Origin: an uncultured Rikenellaceae bacterium
GTDB taxonomy: Bacteria; Bacteroidota; Bacteroidia; Bacteroidales; VadinHA17
DNA length: 64,000 nucleotides
Direction of reading: 5' to 3'
NCBI GenBank assembly: GCA_964568875.1
Contig: CAZMSH010000012.1
Coordinates: 28,228-92,227 of the forward strand
Below are positions 8,293 to 18,487 of the stretch, piece after piece. How positions within the stretch are numbered: position 1 is the first letter of the stretch; every line of letters begins with the position of its first letter. The notes beneath the pieces were generated by a model, which worked only from the letters and a program-made list of their open reading frames with translations, was not told the DNA's origin and ran no database searches. Position numbers and translations under genes: made by a program.

Positions 8293-9099
8293 ATGAAAAA
8301 AATGAGAAAAACATCCTTTATATTGTTCATCGCTCTCTTATCAGTAGTGGCGGGTGCTGCATGTAACAGGAGGCAGTCAGAGACCCGGCCGGGCGATCAG
8401 GATCATCTGATAATGTCGGTTCTGTGGTTCCAGAAATCGGCTGAAATGCGTGCCCTTTTCGTGCAGGGTTACAACATTGCATCAGAGAGGCTTACCGAGG
8501 CCGTCGCCAGCAGAAAGGGAGACAAGCCACTCGCCGTCGTTGCCGATCTTGACGAGACAATACTCGATAACAGCAGGTATGAAGTCTGGCAGGTACAAAC
8601 CGGAAACGGATTCTCCGAGGCCAACTGGAAGGAGTGGACTGACAGGGCAGAGGCAGAAGCCCTTCCGGGCGCACTGGAATTTACCAGGCTGGCCGAGAGT
8701 CTTGGTGTTGATGTCTTCTATGTCTCTAACCGTACCGTTGACGATGCATTTAATTCCACTCTCGAAAACCTTAGGAGACTGGGCTTTCCGTTTGCCGATA
8801 CAGCACATCTCCTGCTTAAGACGACAACATCATCAAAAACAGATCGGCGTAATACTATTCTCGAGACTCACGATATCATTCTCCTTCTGGGAGATAACCT
8901 GGCCGATCACAGCAGTATATTTGAAAAGAGGGACAGGAACCTGGGGTTTGACGATGTTGATTCACTTGCTTCGCTTTTTGGCAACAGGTATATTGTATTC
9001 CCCAATCCCATGTACGGCAACTGGGAGCGACCGGCACTCATGCCTGACGAGAACATTCCCGCCAGGCAGCGTTATATAAAGAGCCTTAAAGGCTATTGA
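8293..9099 (+). CDS. class C acid phosphatase / 5'-nucleotidase, lipoprotein e(P4) family (HAD superfamily)
   Basis: Motifs DLDETILDN and GDNLADH are present, with the lipobox VAGAAC. I prefer the ATG at 8293 (MKKMRKTSF) to the TTG at 8248 used by the track. Confidence 0.8.
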   Translation: MKKMRKTSFILFIALLSVVAGAACNRRQSETRPGDQDHLIMSVLWFQKSAEMRALFVQGYNIASERLTEAVASRKGDKPLAVVADLDETILDNSRYEVWQVQTGNGFSEANWKEWTDRAEAEALPGALEFTRLAESLGVDVFYVSNRTVDDAFNSTLENLRRLGFPFADTAHLLLKTTTSSKTDRRNTILETHDIILLLGDNLADHSSIFEKRDRNLGFDDVDSLASLFGNRYIVFPNPMYGNWERPALMPDENIPARQRYIKSLKGY

Positions 9100-9101
9100 C
9101 A

Positions 9102-9779
9102 CTATTTCCTTGCGCCCAAGAAGATCATAACATAGTACAGCAGGGTGGCAAGAGATCCCAAAGCTGCGATGAAGTAGGTATATGCTGCCCACTTCAGGGC
9201 ATCCTCAGCTTTGTCATGCGTACCATACCCTGTTATTCCGGCATTCGACAGCCATGCCAGTGCCCTTTTACTGGCGTTGACCTCAACCGGAAGTGTAATT
9301 ATTGAAAAAAGGGTTGTTAACGCAAAAAGGCCAATGCCAAAGAGCAATAACTCAGGAAACCTCTGCATGGTAAGTATACCTGCAAGCAATATCCATTGTA
9401 CCCATTTCGATGAGAAGCTCACTGCCGGTACCAGCTTTGAACGCATGGTAAGCCATGCATATGCTTTAGCGTGCTGAACCGCATGACCGCACTCGTGAGC
9501 AGCTACAGCGGCAGCAGCAACGCTGTTACCGTAGTATACGTCGCGGCTAAGGTTAATGGTTTTTGTTACCGGATTGTAATGGTCAGAGAGCTGACCCTCA
9601 ACACTGCCGAGCTTAACTCCTGATATTCCGTGGTCGCGAAGCATTTTTTCCGCCACATCCCTGCCTGTGAGTCCACCTGGCAAAGGTATCTTTGAGTACT
9701 TCTTAAACCTTGATGAGAGCTGGTTGCTTACAATCCAGCTCAGAATCATAAATGCACCAAATATTATCCATATAGTCAT
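9102..9779 (-). CDS. YugP-type putative neutral zinc metallopeptidase (membrane)
   Basis: HExxH motif HECGHAVQH, with N- and C-terminal TM segments. I prefer the ATG at 9779 (MTIWIIFGAF); the codon was verified in the sequence. Confidence 0.75.
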   Translation of the reverse strand: MTIWIIFGAFMILSWIVSNQLSSRFKKYSKIPLPGGLTGRDVAEKMLRDHGISGVKLGSVEGQLSDHYNPVTKTINLSRDVYYGNSVAAAAVAAHECGHAVQHAKAYAWLTMRSKLVPAVSFSSKWVQWILLAGILTMQRFPELLLFGIGLFALTTLFSIITLPVEVNASKRALAWLSNAGITGYGTHDKAEDALKWAAYTYFIAALGSLATLLYYVMIFLGARK

Positions 9780-9950
9780 TTCAGTTCCTCCTTTATTGTT
9801 TACGTACCATAGCAAAACCCCTGCCAACAGCTGAGCCGGCCTCAGGTTAGCCATTTTGTCAGATTTCTGCATCACCCTGCAGGGATGAGAATTGCCTTAC
9901 TGTCATACCGGTAATCTCTTTTGCCTGATTTTGACCTATCTTTGCAGCTC

Positions 9951-10259
9951 ATGTCAGGCAGAACAAACATATTATCACTGCTGCTGATGATACCGGTAAA
10001 GCTATATCAGTGGTTTATATCTCCACTGCTTGGGCCTTCATGCCGGCACGTGCCATCATGTTCAGCGTATACCATCGACGCCCTTAAGCATCATGGACCC
10101 TGGAAAGGCTTTCTTCTCGGCACCAACAGAATCCTGCGGTGCAGGCCGGGCGGAACACACGGCTATGATCCTGTTCCTAAAATACTGTTTCGCAGATACA
10201 GACCACCTTCATCTCTGCTTCAGCGCCATAGTAAGTGCAACAGGCTGAAGGATCATTAG
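9951..10259 (+). CDS. yidD: membrane protein insertion efficiency factor YidD
   Basis: [22 protein letters not shown] and [14 protein letters not shown] are YidD signatures. I prefer the ATG at 9951. The C-terminal tail is longer than usual. Confidence 0.85.
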   Translation: MSGRTNILSLLLMIPVKLYQWFISPLLGPSCRHVPSCSAYTIDALKHHGPWKGFLLGTNRILRCRPGGTHGYDPVPKILFRRYRPPSSLLQRHSKCNRLKDH

Positions 10260-11017
10260 AAGCTCAGTTCGTCTTTCAGGAGTTTGTAACCCGATTTGCT
10301 CACAGGCAGTTTCTCTCCGCTTTTCAGAACCGTCACATAGGTTTCCTTTCCATATGGTTCAAGGCGGGCAATAGCGTCTACCCTTACAATATATGAGCGG
10401 TGTATCCTTACAAACTGACCGGGGGGAAGTGTCTCCTCGTAAAACTTCATCCTCTGCTGCTTGAGAGCTTTTCCGCCTGAATAATAAAGCATTACATAAT
10501 CGTCCTGTGCTTCAATGTAGTTTATATTCTCCACAGGCACTATATTAATATTGCTGCCTTTCTTTACCACTACTCTCGACAGTGATGGTGCATCAGAAGG
10601 TCTCTTTTCGATAACATCAGCAGCCCTGGTGATACTTTCTTTGCCTGCAGCCAGTTTCTCGCGGGCTTTGGCAATCGCGTCGTTGAACCTCTCAGCCGAT
10701 ATCGGTTTCATAAGGTAGTCGGTAGCGTTCATCTCAAATGCTTTGAGCGCATACTGGTCATAGGCGGTTGTAAATATAATAAGCGGATTTTCATCCATCA
10801 CCTCAAGCATCTCGAATCCTGTCAGCCTTGGCATCTGAATGTCAAGAAGAACGAGGTCAGGATTTATCTCCCTGATAGCCTTGAGTCCGGCGAAACCGTC
10901 AGGGCACTCTCCTGTCAGCTGCAGGTCGGGATGGTTCTTAAGATAGTGTTTGAGTATCTCCCTTGCAGGAGCTTCATCATCTATTATCAGTACTTTTATC
11001 GGGTTCATCTCTTTCAT
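10256..11017 (-). CDS. LytR/AlgR-family response regulator (receiver + LytTR DNA-binding domain)
   Basis: The receiver reads KVLIIDDE ... LVLLDIQMP ... and is followed by a LytTR-type C-terminal domain. The start is ambiguous (ATG at 11017 or 11008, TTG at 11035). Confidence 0.85.
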   Translation of the reverse strand: MKEMNPIKVLIIDDEAPAREILKHYLKNHPDLQLTGECPDGFAGLKAIREINPDLVLLDIQMPRLTGFEMLEVMDENPLIIFTTAYDQYALKAFEMNATDYLMKPISAERFNDAIAKAREKLAAGKESITRAADVIEKRPSDAPSLSRVVVKKGSNINIVPVENINYIEAQDDYVMLYYSGGKALKQQRMKFYEETLPPGQFVRIHRSYIVRVDAIARLEPYGKETYVTVLKSGEKLPVSKSGYKLLKDELSF

Positions 11018-11035
11018 GGTATTTACCTGTGGCAA

Positions 11036-12088
11036 TTATTTCAATACCGGCATTTTGAGCCTTGCAATAAATTGTCCGTTACTCTTTTCAGTTGTCAGAG
11101 AGGCTTCCTTTCCGTAAGACAGCTCCAGCCTTCTCTGAACATTAACGAGGCCAGTGCCTGTGCCTGAGGGCAGTACCGCTTCAGGATCGTAGTTGTTACT
11201 GATAACTATTTCGAGTATCTGCCGTGTACATCTTATGCTGGTGGTAATGTTCACCACCCCTGTGCTCTCATGTACACCATGCTTAATGGCATTTTCATAG
11301 AGAGGCTGCAGCAGCATGTTCGGAATCCTTGCATCAAGGCATTCTTCAGTAATATCCTCAGCAGTTGTCAGCCTTTCTCCAAACCTTGTCTTTTCAATAT
11401 CAAGGTACAACCGCAGGTTCTCCAGTTCCCTGCCAAGTGTGACAGGTTGTTCATCCTTTCTTGACAGTGCGTACCTCATGAAGTCAGAGAGCTTTATCAC
11501 CATCTCTCTGGCTTTGTCAGGATTGGTTATGGTAAGTGAACTTACCGAATTGAGGCTGTTGAACAGGAAATGGGGATTAATCTGTGACCGCAGCATTTTC
11601 AGCTCGGTTTCTTTCAGCAGGTTCTCGAGCCTCGATTCCTCCAGTTTTTTGTCAGAGAGTCTCTTATAGCTTATTATCAGGTAATAGGTAAGCAGTACAA
11701 GTATACATATCAGCACTCCCAGTCCGGCCCTGTAGATAAATGTGTTGTTCCAATAGTCTGAATAGAGGCCTGGTTCAGGGAATATTGCATTGATTATCAA
11801 ACGGCTCAGCAGCAGCCATATGATAACCAGACCCGCCGACACAGCAATAAGGTTAAATATCAGACCTGAGGTTTTGCTGATCTGCTTATTGAAAAAACTG
11901 ACCGGATACCATGATGCCAGGGCCAGAACCGAGTATATCATCATTGAGACAAATCCGTCGGTGACGGTTAACATGATGTCAGCATCATGTGTATAATAGA
12001 AAAGCAGTGACTGGCCGGCTCCGAGAAGAAGCCATGCCAGCCACCATATCACTGTTTTTGTCCTGCTTTCAAAAACCGGATGTCCCAT
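11036..12088 (-). CDS. LytS/YehU-type sensor histidine kinase (5-6 TM + His_kinase + HATPase)
   Basis: It has the QINPHFLFNSLNSV H-box typical of LytTR-partner kinases. Its stop abuts the response-regulator ORF. Confidence 0.85.
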   Translation of the reverse strand: MGHPVFESRTKTVIWWLAWLLLGAGQSLLFYYTHDADIMLTVTDGFVSMMIYSVLALASWYPVSFFNKQISKTSGLIFNLIAVSAGLVIIWLLLSRLIINAIFPEPGLYSDYWNNTFIYRAGLGVLICILVLLTYYLIISYKRLSDKKLEESRLENLLKETELKMLRSQINPHFLFNSLNSVSSLTITNPDKAREMVIKLSDFMRYALSRKDEQPVTLGRELENLRLYLDIEKTRFGERLTTAEDITEECLDARIPNMLLQPLYENAIKHGVHESTGVVNITTSIRCTRQILEIVISNNYDPEAVLPSGTGTGLVNVQRRLELSYGKEASLTTEKSNGQFIARLKMPVLK

Positions 12089-12109
12089 TTAGTTTACGAT
12101 CGGTAACTA

Positions 12110-12847
12110 TTAGTAACATTTCAGATCTCCGCCTCCGAAGATGACAGTTCCTTTTATGACGAGTTGCCTGCCCGGATCAAAAGTCCTTCCGGGTGAGAAT
12201 TTCCTTTCATCTGAGAATCCACCCAGTATGGGAGTTATCTTCAGCACCACGTTCCAGTCTTCTGGCACAATAATCTCGGTTCCACCAAAAACGCAGGTAA
12301 CCTCGAGTTCAGATACACCGGGAGCAAGCTCAGATTTTGTCAGGTCGATCTTGTTTCCACCGAAAACGCATGTGATCTCGCCGCCGGTGAAGTTGTTGCT
12401 GATTATCTGGCGGTCGCTTCCGCTGAAGACGTTTACTATATCGAGAAAATCATCTGTGCCCGAATCAGACCTGTGAAAAAGCTTTCGCGAAACACGTTGC
12501 CCGCCGAAGATGACTATTATACCGAGTGTAATAAAGACTGCAGGCCAGAACAAACGGTATGCGCCGAAAATGTCTGTAAAGATCTGGGGCAGCAGGAAAA
12601 AGGCGCCAACGGCCATTACTATTATTCCTGGTGTTTTGTCTGAGCTTCCTATGGTGATGACCAGGCCTATGACAATAAGCAGCATCTGCCAGCTGAATAT
12701 TATATTGTCAATGAAGCCCGGGAAGATGTTGGTGTTTCTGAGCAGAAGGAATAATCCTGCCATCAGCAGCACTACTCCTATTATTGCACGGTTTCCGGTG
12801 TGGTGCCTGTGCTTGTCGGGATTGTTGTAAGTTTCCATGTTTGTCAA
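12110..12847 (-). CDS. LiaF-like membrane protein (4 TM + beta-rich DUF2154-like C-terminal domain)
   Basis: N-terminal TM bundle followed by repeated VFGG/IFGG strands (CVFGGNKIDL, CVFGGTEIIV, VIFGGGDLK). Confidence 0.6.
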   Translation of the reverse strand: MTNMETYNNPDKHRHHTGNRAIIGVVLLMAGLFLLLRNTNIFPGFIDNIIFSWQMLLIVIGLVITIGSSDKTPGIIVMAVGAFFLLPQIFTDIFGAYRLFWPAVFITLGIIVIFGGQRVSRKLFHRSDSGTDDFLDIVNVFSGSDRQIISNNFTGGEITCVFGGNKIDLTKSELAPGVSELEVTCVFGGTEIIVPEDWNVVLKITPILGGFSDERKFSPGRTFDPGRQLVIKGTVIFGGGDLKCY

Positions 12848-12864
12848 AATTAATAAGTTATTGT

Positions 12865-13218
12865 TTAGTTGTCTTTTCTGTTACACCATTTTTTTGGTGA
12901 CGGTATCAGGAAGGTGATGCCGGTGAGTACAAGTGCTGCAGGCCAGAAGCCCACCCTTACCAAATCGGGAGTCTCTTCATAGATGTCGGGAAGTAGAAAC
13001 CATGAGCCGGCTGCAAGGAAGATTACTCCGCCTGTCAGGTTTCCGTTCAGGAACATTATCAGACTGATAAAGACAAGGAGCATTTCCCATCTGAAGTATT
13101 CATGAATGCTGCCCCAGCCAAGAAGATCGAGTGTCGCGGCCAGCAGCATCAGTCCCAGGGCTATCAGAAAGAGACCGAAGCCGATGAGAGGATTGCGCTT
13201 TGAATTGAACTGTTTCAT
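12865..13218 (-). CDS. LiaI/LiaF-like transmembrane-domain protein
   Basis: 117 aa with four predicted TM helices. Its TM bundle resembles that of the neighbouring LiaF-like protein. Confidence 0.5.
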   Translation of the reverse strand: MKQFNSKRNPLIGFGLFLIALGLMLLAATLDLLGWGSIHEYFRWEMLLVFISLIMFLNGNLTGGVIFLAAGSWFLLPDIYEETPDLVRVGFWPAALVLTGITFLIPSPKKWCNRKDN

Positions 13219-13381
13219 AATATTTGATTGAGTTGTTATGAATATGCAGCAAAAATAGATGCTAATGCAGGAACCGCGGACCGGTTATTCGGTGAATGGC
13301 CTGAATTACACGGTAAACGAAGGATAGAGAGGGGTCGTGTTACTTTTTTGTTGATAATTTTTTTTATTGCATTAGGATTTA

Positions 13382-13389
13382 TATTTTTG
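13382..13389 (+). promoter_or_regulatory. Bacteroidota-type -7 box TATTTTTG
   Basis: It matches TAnnTTTG and lies 19 nt upstream of the yceD-like ATG at 13408. Confidence 0.4.
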
Positions 13390-13407
13390 CAGACCAAATT
13401 CCGGGGA

Positions 13408-13926
13408 ATGTCACGATTATATTCGATACCACTAAATGGTCTGAAGGACGGTGACTACACATATGATTATGAGGTAGATGCTGATTTCTTCAGGGCATTT
13501 GAGGGGTCTCAGATAGGAGAGTGTAACCTTAAACTAACTGTGGAATTGCAGAAGGTTTCTGGCCAGTATAATCTCTGTTTCCTTCTCAGCGGTCAGGTAC
13601 GGGTAGTCTGTGACAGATGCCTCGGGGAGTTCATGCATGCAGTTGAGAGCGAAAACAGGCTTATCGTTAAGACCGGGGAAAAGTTTGATGACAGTGATCC
13701 CGACCTGCTTATCATTCCGGCAGGAGAGTCAGAGCTTGACCTTAGCCAGTTTATTTATGATTTTTCACATCTTGCCATACCCATAAGGAAGATTCATCCT
13801 GTGGGAGAGGACGGTAAGAGTTTATGTGACCCCGAGATGCTGAAGAGAATATCAAATGTAAAAGGTGACAATGCAGGAAGCAGACCTGAATGGGATAAGC
13901 TTAGAGAGTTGTTACATGATAATTAA
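13408..13926 (+). CDS. YceD/DUF177 family protein
   Basis: It is in the conserved position upstream of rpmF and has a CDRCL motif. I prefer the ATG at 13408 (MSRLYSIPL); the upstream extension is low-complexity. Confidence 0.7.
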   Translation: MSRLYSIPLNGLKDGDYTYDYEVDADFFRAFEGSQIGECNLKLTVELQKVSGQYNLCFLLSGQVRVVCDRCLGEFMHAVESENRLIVKTGEKFDDSDPDLLIIPAGESELDLSQFIYDFSHLAIPIRKIHPVGEDGKSLCDPEMLKRISNVKGDNAGSRPEWDKLRELLHDN

Positions 13927-13943
13927 AATATATTAATTGAGAA

Positions 13944-14129
13944 ATGGCACATCCAAAGAGAAAACACTCAAAGACAAGAAGAGATAAGCGCAGGACGCAC
14001 TATAAGGCTGAAGTTCCGACGCTGGGGAAATGCTCAAACTGTGGTTCGGCTATTCTGTATCACCGCGTCTGCCCTGAATGCGGTCACTACAGGGGAAAAC
14101 TTGCTGTTGAGAAGAACGTAACAGCATAA
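13944..14129 (+). CDS. rpmF: 50S ribosomal protein L32
   Basis: It starts MAHPKRKHSKTRRDKRR and has a zinc ribbon (CSNCG...CPECG). Confidence 0.95.
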   Translation: MAHPKRKHSKTRRDKRRTHYKAEVPTLGKCSNCGSAILYHRVCPECGHYRGKLAVEKNVTA

Positions 14130-14151
14130 TCAGAAACATAACCTTCGCTCC

Positions 14152-15108
14152 ATGAGAATAGGTCTGGATGCAATGGGAGGGGATTATGCTCCCCAGGCTG
14201 CCGTTGAAGGTGCAGCTGATGCTCTGCCAAAGCTTGATGATAAGACAAGAATAGTGCTTATTGGTGACGAACCACAGATAACGGCTATTCTTAATGAGCT
14301 TTCCGTTGAAAAGTCTCATTTCGATGTTATTCATACCAGTGAGGTAATTACCATGGCTGACCACCCCGCCAGAGCTTTTTCCCAAAAACGAAATTCCAGT
14401 ATTGCCGTTGGGTTCGGGATGCTGAAGAAAGGACTGATTGATGGGTTCGCGAGTGCAGGGAATACAGGTGCGATGCTTGTTGGAGCAAGTTATACCGTCA
14501 ATGTTATTCCTGGAATATACAGGCCGGCGCTGGCTGCCCTGGTTCCATCTATATCAGGAAAGTCCTCTGTTTTGCTTGATGTGGGAATCAATCCTGACAC
14601 TAAGCCTGATATCCTGTTACAATACGGTATATTGGGCACAATGTATGTCAGGCACGTGATGGGAGTTGAGAATCCCCGCGTTGCCCTGATAAATATCGGC
14701 GAGGAGGAGACCAAAGGCTCAATGGCAGTACGTTCGGCATATGAGCTGATGAAAGACCACCCTGATATTAATTTTGTGGGCAACATTGAGGGGAGCGCCC
14801 TTTTTAGTGCCGATATGCCTGAAGTTCTGGTATGTGACGGTTTTGTCGGTAATGTTATAATCAAGCAGGCAGAAGCTTTTTTTACTCTTCTCAAATCGAA
14901 GAACATCAATGATCCATTCTTTGACCGTTTCGATTTCGAGAATATTGGGGGAACCCCGGTTATTGGTGTAAACGCCAACATTGTAATCGGTCATGGTATC
15001 TCAAAGCGCAAGGCCATTGCAAACATGCTGCTCGAGACGGTTAATGTTGTGAAAGCAGACCTGGCCGGCCGGATTAAACTTACACTTTCAAATGGAAAAG
15101 AAGATTAG
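14152..15108 (+). CDS. plsX: phosphate acyltransferase PlsX
   Basis: It starts [14 protein letters not shown], a PlsX signature, and sits in rpmF-plsX-fabH synteny. Confidence 0.95.
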   Translation: MRIGLDAMGGDYAPQAAVEGAADALPKLDDKTRIVLIGDEPQITAILNELSVEKSHFDVIHTSEVITMADHPARAFSQKRNSSIAVGFGMLKKGLIDGFASAGNTGAMLVGASYTVNVIPGIYRPALAALVPSISGKSSVLLDVGINPDTKPDILLQYGILGTMYVRHVMGVENPRVALINIGEEETKGSMAVRSAYELMKDHPDINFVGNIEGSALFSADMPEVLVCDGFVGNVIIKQAEAFFTLLKSKNINDPFFDRFDFENIGGTPVIGVNANIVIGHGISKRKAIANMLLETVNVVKADLAGRIKLTLSNGKED

Positions 15109-16084
15109 AGCAGCTATAACAGGACTGCACACATGGGTTCCTGAATACAGGCTTACAAATGATGAGCTTGCGACCATGGTCGACACCTCCGACGAATGGA
15201 TAATGCAGAGGGTGGGGATCAGGGAGAGAAGGATTCTCAAAGGAGAGGGTGCAGGAACTTCAGACCTTGGAGCCAGGGCGGTGAGCGGTCTGCTCGAAAG
15301 CACAGGCACTTCACCTGATGAAATTGAACTGCTGATATGCGCTACTATTACCCCCGACATGCTTTTCCCTGCAACGGCAAATATTATATCCGACAAAGTC
15401 GGTATCAGGAACGGTTTTAGCTTCGATATCGGGGCCGCCTGTTCAGGTTTTATTTTTGCCCTCAAGACTGCTGCAGCCTATATAGAATCGGGAAACGTGA
15501 AGAAGGCAATTGTAGTTGGAGCAGATAAAATGTCGTCAATAACAGACTACACTGACAGAACAACATGTACTCTGTTCGGAGATGGAGCCGGGGCCGTCCT
15601 GCTTGAACCTTCTGTTGATGATAACGGAATAATAGACTATATTTTTCGTGCTGACGGTTCAGGGAGGAAATTCCTCCATATGAAAGCCGGAGGATCGGTT
15701 AGACCGGCATCGCATGAAACCGTCGATGCCCGTGAGCATTACGTATATCAGGAAGGACAGAGTGTATTCAAGTTTGCAGTTTCAAACATGGCCGATGTTG
15801 CAGTTGAAATTATGGAAAGGAATAATCTTAAACCAGAAGATATTGCCTGGCTTGTTCCGCATCAGGCCAATCTGAGAATCATCGATGCAACAGGAAAGAG
15901 AATGGGGCTTCCTCCTGAGAAGGTAATGGTCAATATTGAAAATTACGGAAATACCACCGCTGCAACAATACCGCTATGCCTGAACGATTACAGGCAAAAA
16001 CTTAACAAGGGTGACAAAATAATACTTGCAGCATTCGGAGGCGGCTTTACATGGGGCTCGGTCTATATCAAATGGTCTATCTAG
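15092..16084 (+). CDS. fabH: 3-oxoacyl-ACP synthase III
   Basis: Active-site motif GAACSGF, plus HQAN and GNTTAAT motifs. It overlaps plsX by 17 nt. Confidence 0.95.
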   Translation: MEKKIRAAITGLHTWVPEYRLTNDELATMVDTSDEWIMQRVGIRERRILKGEGAGTSDLGARAVSGLLESTGTSPDEIELLICATITPDMLFPATANIISDKVGIRNGFSFDIGAACSGFIFALKTAAAYIESGNVKKAIVVGADKMSSITDYTDRTTCTLFGDGAGAVLLEPSVDDNGIIDYIFRADGSGRKFLHMKAGGSVRPASHETVDAREHYVYQEGQSVFKFAVSNMADVAVEIMERNNLKPEDIAWLVPHQANLRIIDATGKRMGLPPEKVMVNIENYGNTTAATIPLCLNDYRQKLNKGDKIILAAFGGGFTWGSVYIKWSI

Positions 16085-16126
16085 TATACTCTGCCCAACT
16101 TTTTCCCTTTCTATCGCAATAGTTTT

Positions 16127-16134
16127 TATATTTG
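16127..16134 (+). promoter_or_regulatory. Bacteroidota-type -7 box TATATTTG
   Basis: It matches TAnnTTTG and lies 44 nt upstream of the bactofilin ATG. It is the likely promoter of the bactofilin-atp transcription unit. Confidence 0.4.
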
Positions 16135-16177
16135 TGAGTTATTTGAACAAGATGATTATTTATTAAACCGGGGAAAA

Positions 16178-16570
16178 ATGGCGAAGATCAACGAAGCAGA
16201 AAGCACAACAGCTATTAACCTTATCAGTAACGGCACGGAAATAACCGGAGATATCAACTCATCGGGTGATATCCGTATTGACGGTTCGCTGGTAGGAAAT
16301 CTGAAGACTAAGGGGAAAGTGGTAATAGGTCCGACAGGCAGGGCAAAAGGCGAATTATATTGTAAGAATGTTGAGGTTTCAGGTACAATAGAAGGTAAGC
16401 TTGCGGTTGAACAGTTATTGAATCTTAAGTCAACTTCAAAGATAATCGGAGAGATTATTACCACCAGGCTTTCAATTGAGCCGGGTGCCAAATTCACGGG
16501 CACCTGCAAAATGAGCGAGGACGTGAATAATGGAGGAAATGCAGCCCCAAAAGGGAAAGAAGGCCAATAA
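16178..16570 (+). CDS. bactofilin-family polymer-forming protein
   Basis: It has the repetitive beta-helix pattern (EITGDINSSGDIRIDGSLVGNLKTKGKVVIGPTGRAKGELYCKNVEVSGTIEG) typical of bactofilins (DUF583). Confidence 0.85.
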   Translation: MAKINEAESTTAINLISNGTEITGDINSSGDIRIDGSLVGNLKTKGKVVIGPTGRAKGELYCKNVEVSGTIEGKLAVEQLLNLKSTSKIIGEIITTRLSIEPGAKFTGTCKMSEDVNNGGNAAPKGKEGQ

Positions 16571-16775
16571 CAAGGAACCCGAATCCCCTGTAAAAACATA
16601 TACAAGGTACAGCGGTATTGCTGTACAGATGATCGTCATCATTCTTGTTTCAGTCTGGGGCGGAAGAAAACTTGACGAACTTGCAGGAACAGAAGTGCCT
16701 GTGTTCACTGCAGTCCTATCGCTGCTGGGTGTCGCTGCAGCAATATATACATCAATAAAGGATCTGATAAGATAA
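16530..16775 (+). CDS. AtpZ/AtpI-family small membrane protein
   Basis: Two TM helices with the GGRKLDE motif. It overlaps the bactofilin 3' end and lies directly upstream of the atp genes. Confidence 0.7.
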   Translation: MEEMQPQKGKKANNKEPESPVKTYTRYSGIAVQMIVIILVSVWGGRKLDELAGTEVPVFTAVLSLLGVAAAIYTSIKDLIR

Positions 16776-16785
16776 TCTGTCTGCC

Positions 16786-17169
16786 TTGAAACGGTATGCA
16801 AGGGATTCGATGGTTATTACTATGCTGGCAGGGCTGCTGTTCGTTATTGTTCTGGTTCTTACCCTTAAGACCCGCTTTTTTGCACCCGCTGCCGGCGCAG
16901 TTGCTCTGGTGCCGGCTTTTCTGGCAATAAATCTGGCCACGCTTGGGCTGAGTCATGCTGGCAGAAACAGGAAGACTGAACAGCAGACACTATTCACACT
17001 GGCTGCAGTAGGATTAAAATTCTTACTGCCGGCTGTACTTGCTGTAGTATGGTTTGCTGTTCTAAAAAAGAGCAGCCGTGCCGATGTAATACTGTTTTTT
17101 GTTGTATATTTAACCATTTCGATAGCGACAGTAGTGCTAATTGTGAAAAACCTTGAAAACCAATCTTAA
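16786..17169 (+). CDS. hypothetical 4-TM membrane protein in the atp leader region
   Basis: The ORF is hydrophobic throughout and occupies the slot between atpZ and atpB. The start is uncertain (TTG at 16786 or ATG at 16810). Confidence 0.5.
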   Translation: MKRYARDSMVITMLAGLLFVIVLVLTLKTRFFAPAAGAVALVPAFLAINLATLGLSHAGRNRKTEQQTLFTLAAVGLKFLLPAVLAVVWFAVLKKSSRADVILFFVVYLTISIATVVLIVKNLENQS

Positions 17170-18247
17170 CTTAACGGCAGTTTTGGCAAAGAGCAGATTG
17201 AAATACCTGACGCTGATAATGCTGTTTTCAACAGTTACACTCTTTGCTCAGCATAACAATGATGATCGCGGTCAAAGTACCCACGATGACGCGGAGTTTA
17301 CAGCTACAGAATTCATTCTCGATCATATTGCCGATTCGCATGAATGGCATATTTTAACCACACCAAAAGGAAAGCATCTGTCGGTTTACCTTCCCGTTAT
17401 CATTTACAGTAAGCACTCCGGCTTTCATCTCTTCTCTTCCCGGTACATTTCTCACGGGCACAGTTACAAAGGGTTTTCAGTACCCACAGAAGGAGACCAG
17501 AAGGGCAGAATAGTTGAGGAGACAGCTGAAAAGGAAGGTGAACTGTTTTATATGCCTCTTGATTTTTCAATAACAAAGAATGTGGCTGCCATGATGGTTG
17601 CAGTTGCCATAGGTCTTTGGCTTTTTGTTTCACTAGCCCGTTCCTACCGGAAGTCAGGTATCTCCGAACCAAGGGGTATTCAGGGTTTGCTGGAACCAAT
17701 AATTCTTTTCGTAAAGGAAGATATCGCAATCCCGAACATGGGGGAGAAGAAACATGAGAAGTTTCTGCCCTATCTGCTCACCGTCTTTTTCTTTATCCTT
17801 ATTAACAACCTGTTAGGCCTGGTCCCCTTTTTTCCGTTTGGTGCCAATGTTACAGGTAATATTGCGGTTACCTTCGTGCTTGCATCATTTACCTTCCTGG
17901 TTACCCAGTTCAGTGGAAACCGTCAGTACTGGAGACACGTCTTTGCAACCCCCGGCGTGCCTTTCTGGCTACTCCCGATAATGATTGTGGTTGAGATGAT
18001 AGGACTGATTGCAAAGCCTTTTGCTCTTATGGTACGTCTTTTTGCCAATATTACGGCAGGCCATATAATTATACTGGGATTAATCAGTATTATATTCCTT
18101 TTCAAGACTCTATGGGTTTTACCAGGCGCAGCTCTGTTCGTGTTGTTTATGGATTGTCTTGAACTGCTGGTTGCATTCCTTCAGGCATATATTTTCACTC
18201 TCCTTTCGGCTCTGTTTATTGGAATAGCAGTCGAGGAGCATCATTAA
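17153..18247 (+). CDS. atpB: F0F1 ATP synthase subunit a
   Basis: It has the subunit-a motif MVRLFANITAGH with the essential Arg, and a long N-terminal signal-like extension. The start is uncertain (TTG at 17153 or ATG at 17219). Confidence 0.9.
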   Translation: MKTNLNLTAVLAKSRLKYLTLIMLFSTVTLFAQHNNDDRGQSTHDDAEFTATEFILDHIADSHEWHILTTPKGKHLSVYLPVIIYSKHSGFHLFSSRYISHGHSYKGFSVPTEGDQKGRIVEETAEKEGELFYMPLDFSITKNVAAMMVAVAIGLWLFVSLARSYRKSGISEPRGIQGLLEPIILFVKEDIAIPNMGEKKHEKFLPYLLTVFFFILINNLLGLVPFFPFGANVTGNIAVTFVLASFTFLVTQFSGNRQYWRHVFATPGVPFWLLPIMIVVEMIGLIAKPFALMVRLFANITAGHIIILGLISIIFLFKTLWVLPGAALFVLFMDCLELLVAFLQAYIFTLLSALFIGIAVEEHH

Positions 18248-18272
18248 TAATGTTTAACTAATATTTGAAGCT

Positions 18273-18476
18273 ATGACTTTATCATTAGCAGCAATCGGAG
18301 CAGGAATAGCCGTATTTGGTGCCGCCCTCGGGATCGGAAAGATAGGAGGGAATGCCATGGAGGCTATCGCACGTCAACCAGAGGCTGCATCCAGGATTCA
18401 GACGGCAATGATCATTTCGGCCGCCTTGATCGAAGGTGCAGCACTGTTTGCAATCGTTGTGGCCCTGCTGGATTAA
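18273..18476 (+). CDS. atpE: F0F1 ATP synthase subunit c
   Basis: 67-aa hairpin protein with ARQPE and the ion-binding Glu in ALIEGAALF. Confidence 0.95.
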   Translation: MTLSLAAIGAGIAVFGAALGIGKIGGNAMEAIARQPEAASRIQTAMIISAALIEGAALFAIVVALLD

Positions 18477-18487
18477 AAACCAATTTC

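Noticed and set aside
8450-9079. 209-aa same-strand alternative-frame ORF inside the e(P4) phosphatase gene
   Set aside because: It is Arg/Pro/Ser-rich low-complexity translation typical of an off-frame read of a GC-richer gene. The annotated frame carries the DLDETILDN and GDNLADH motifs. There is no independent evidence for an overlapping gene.
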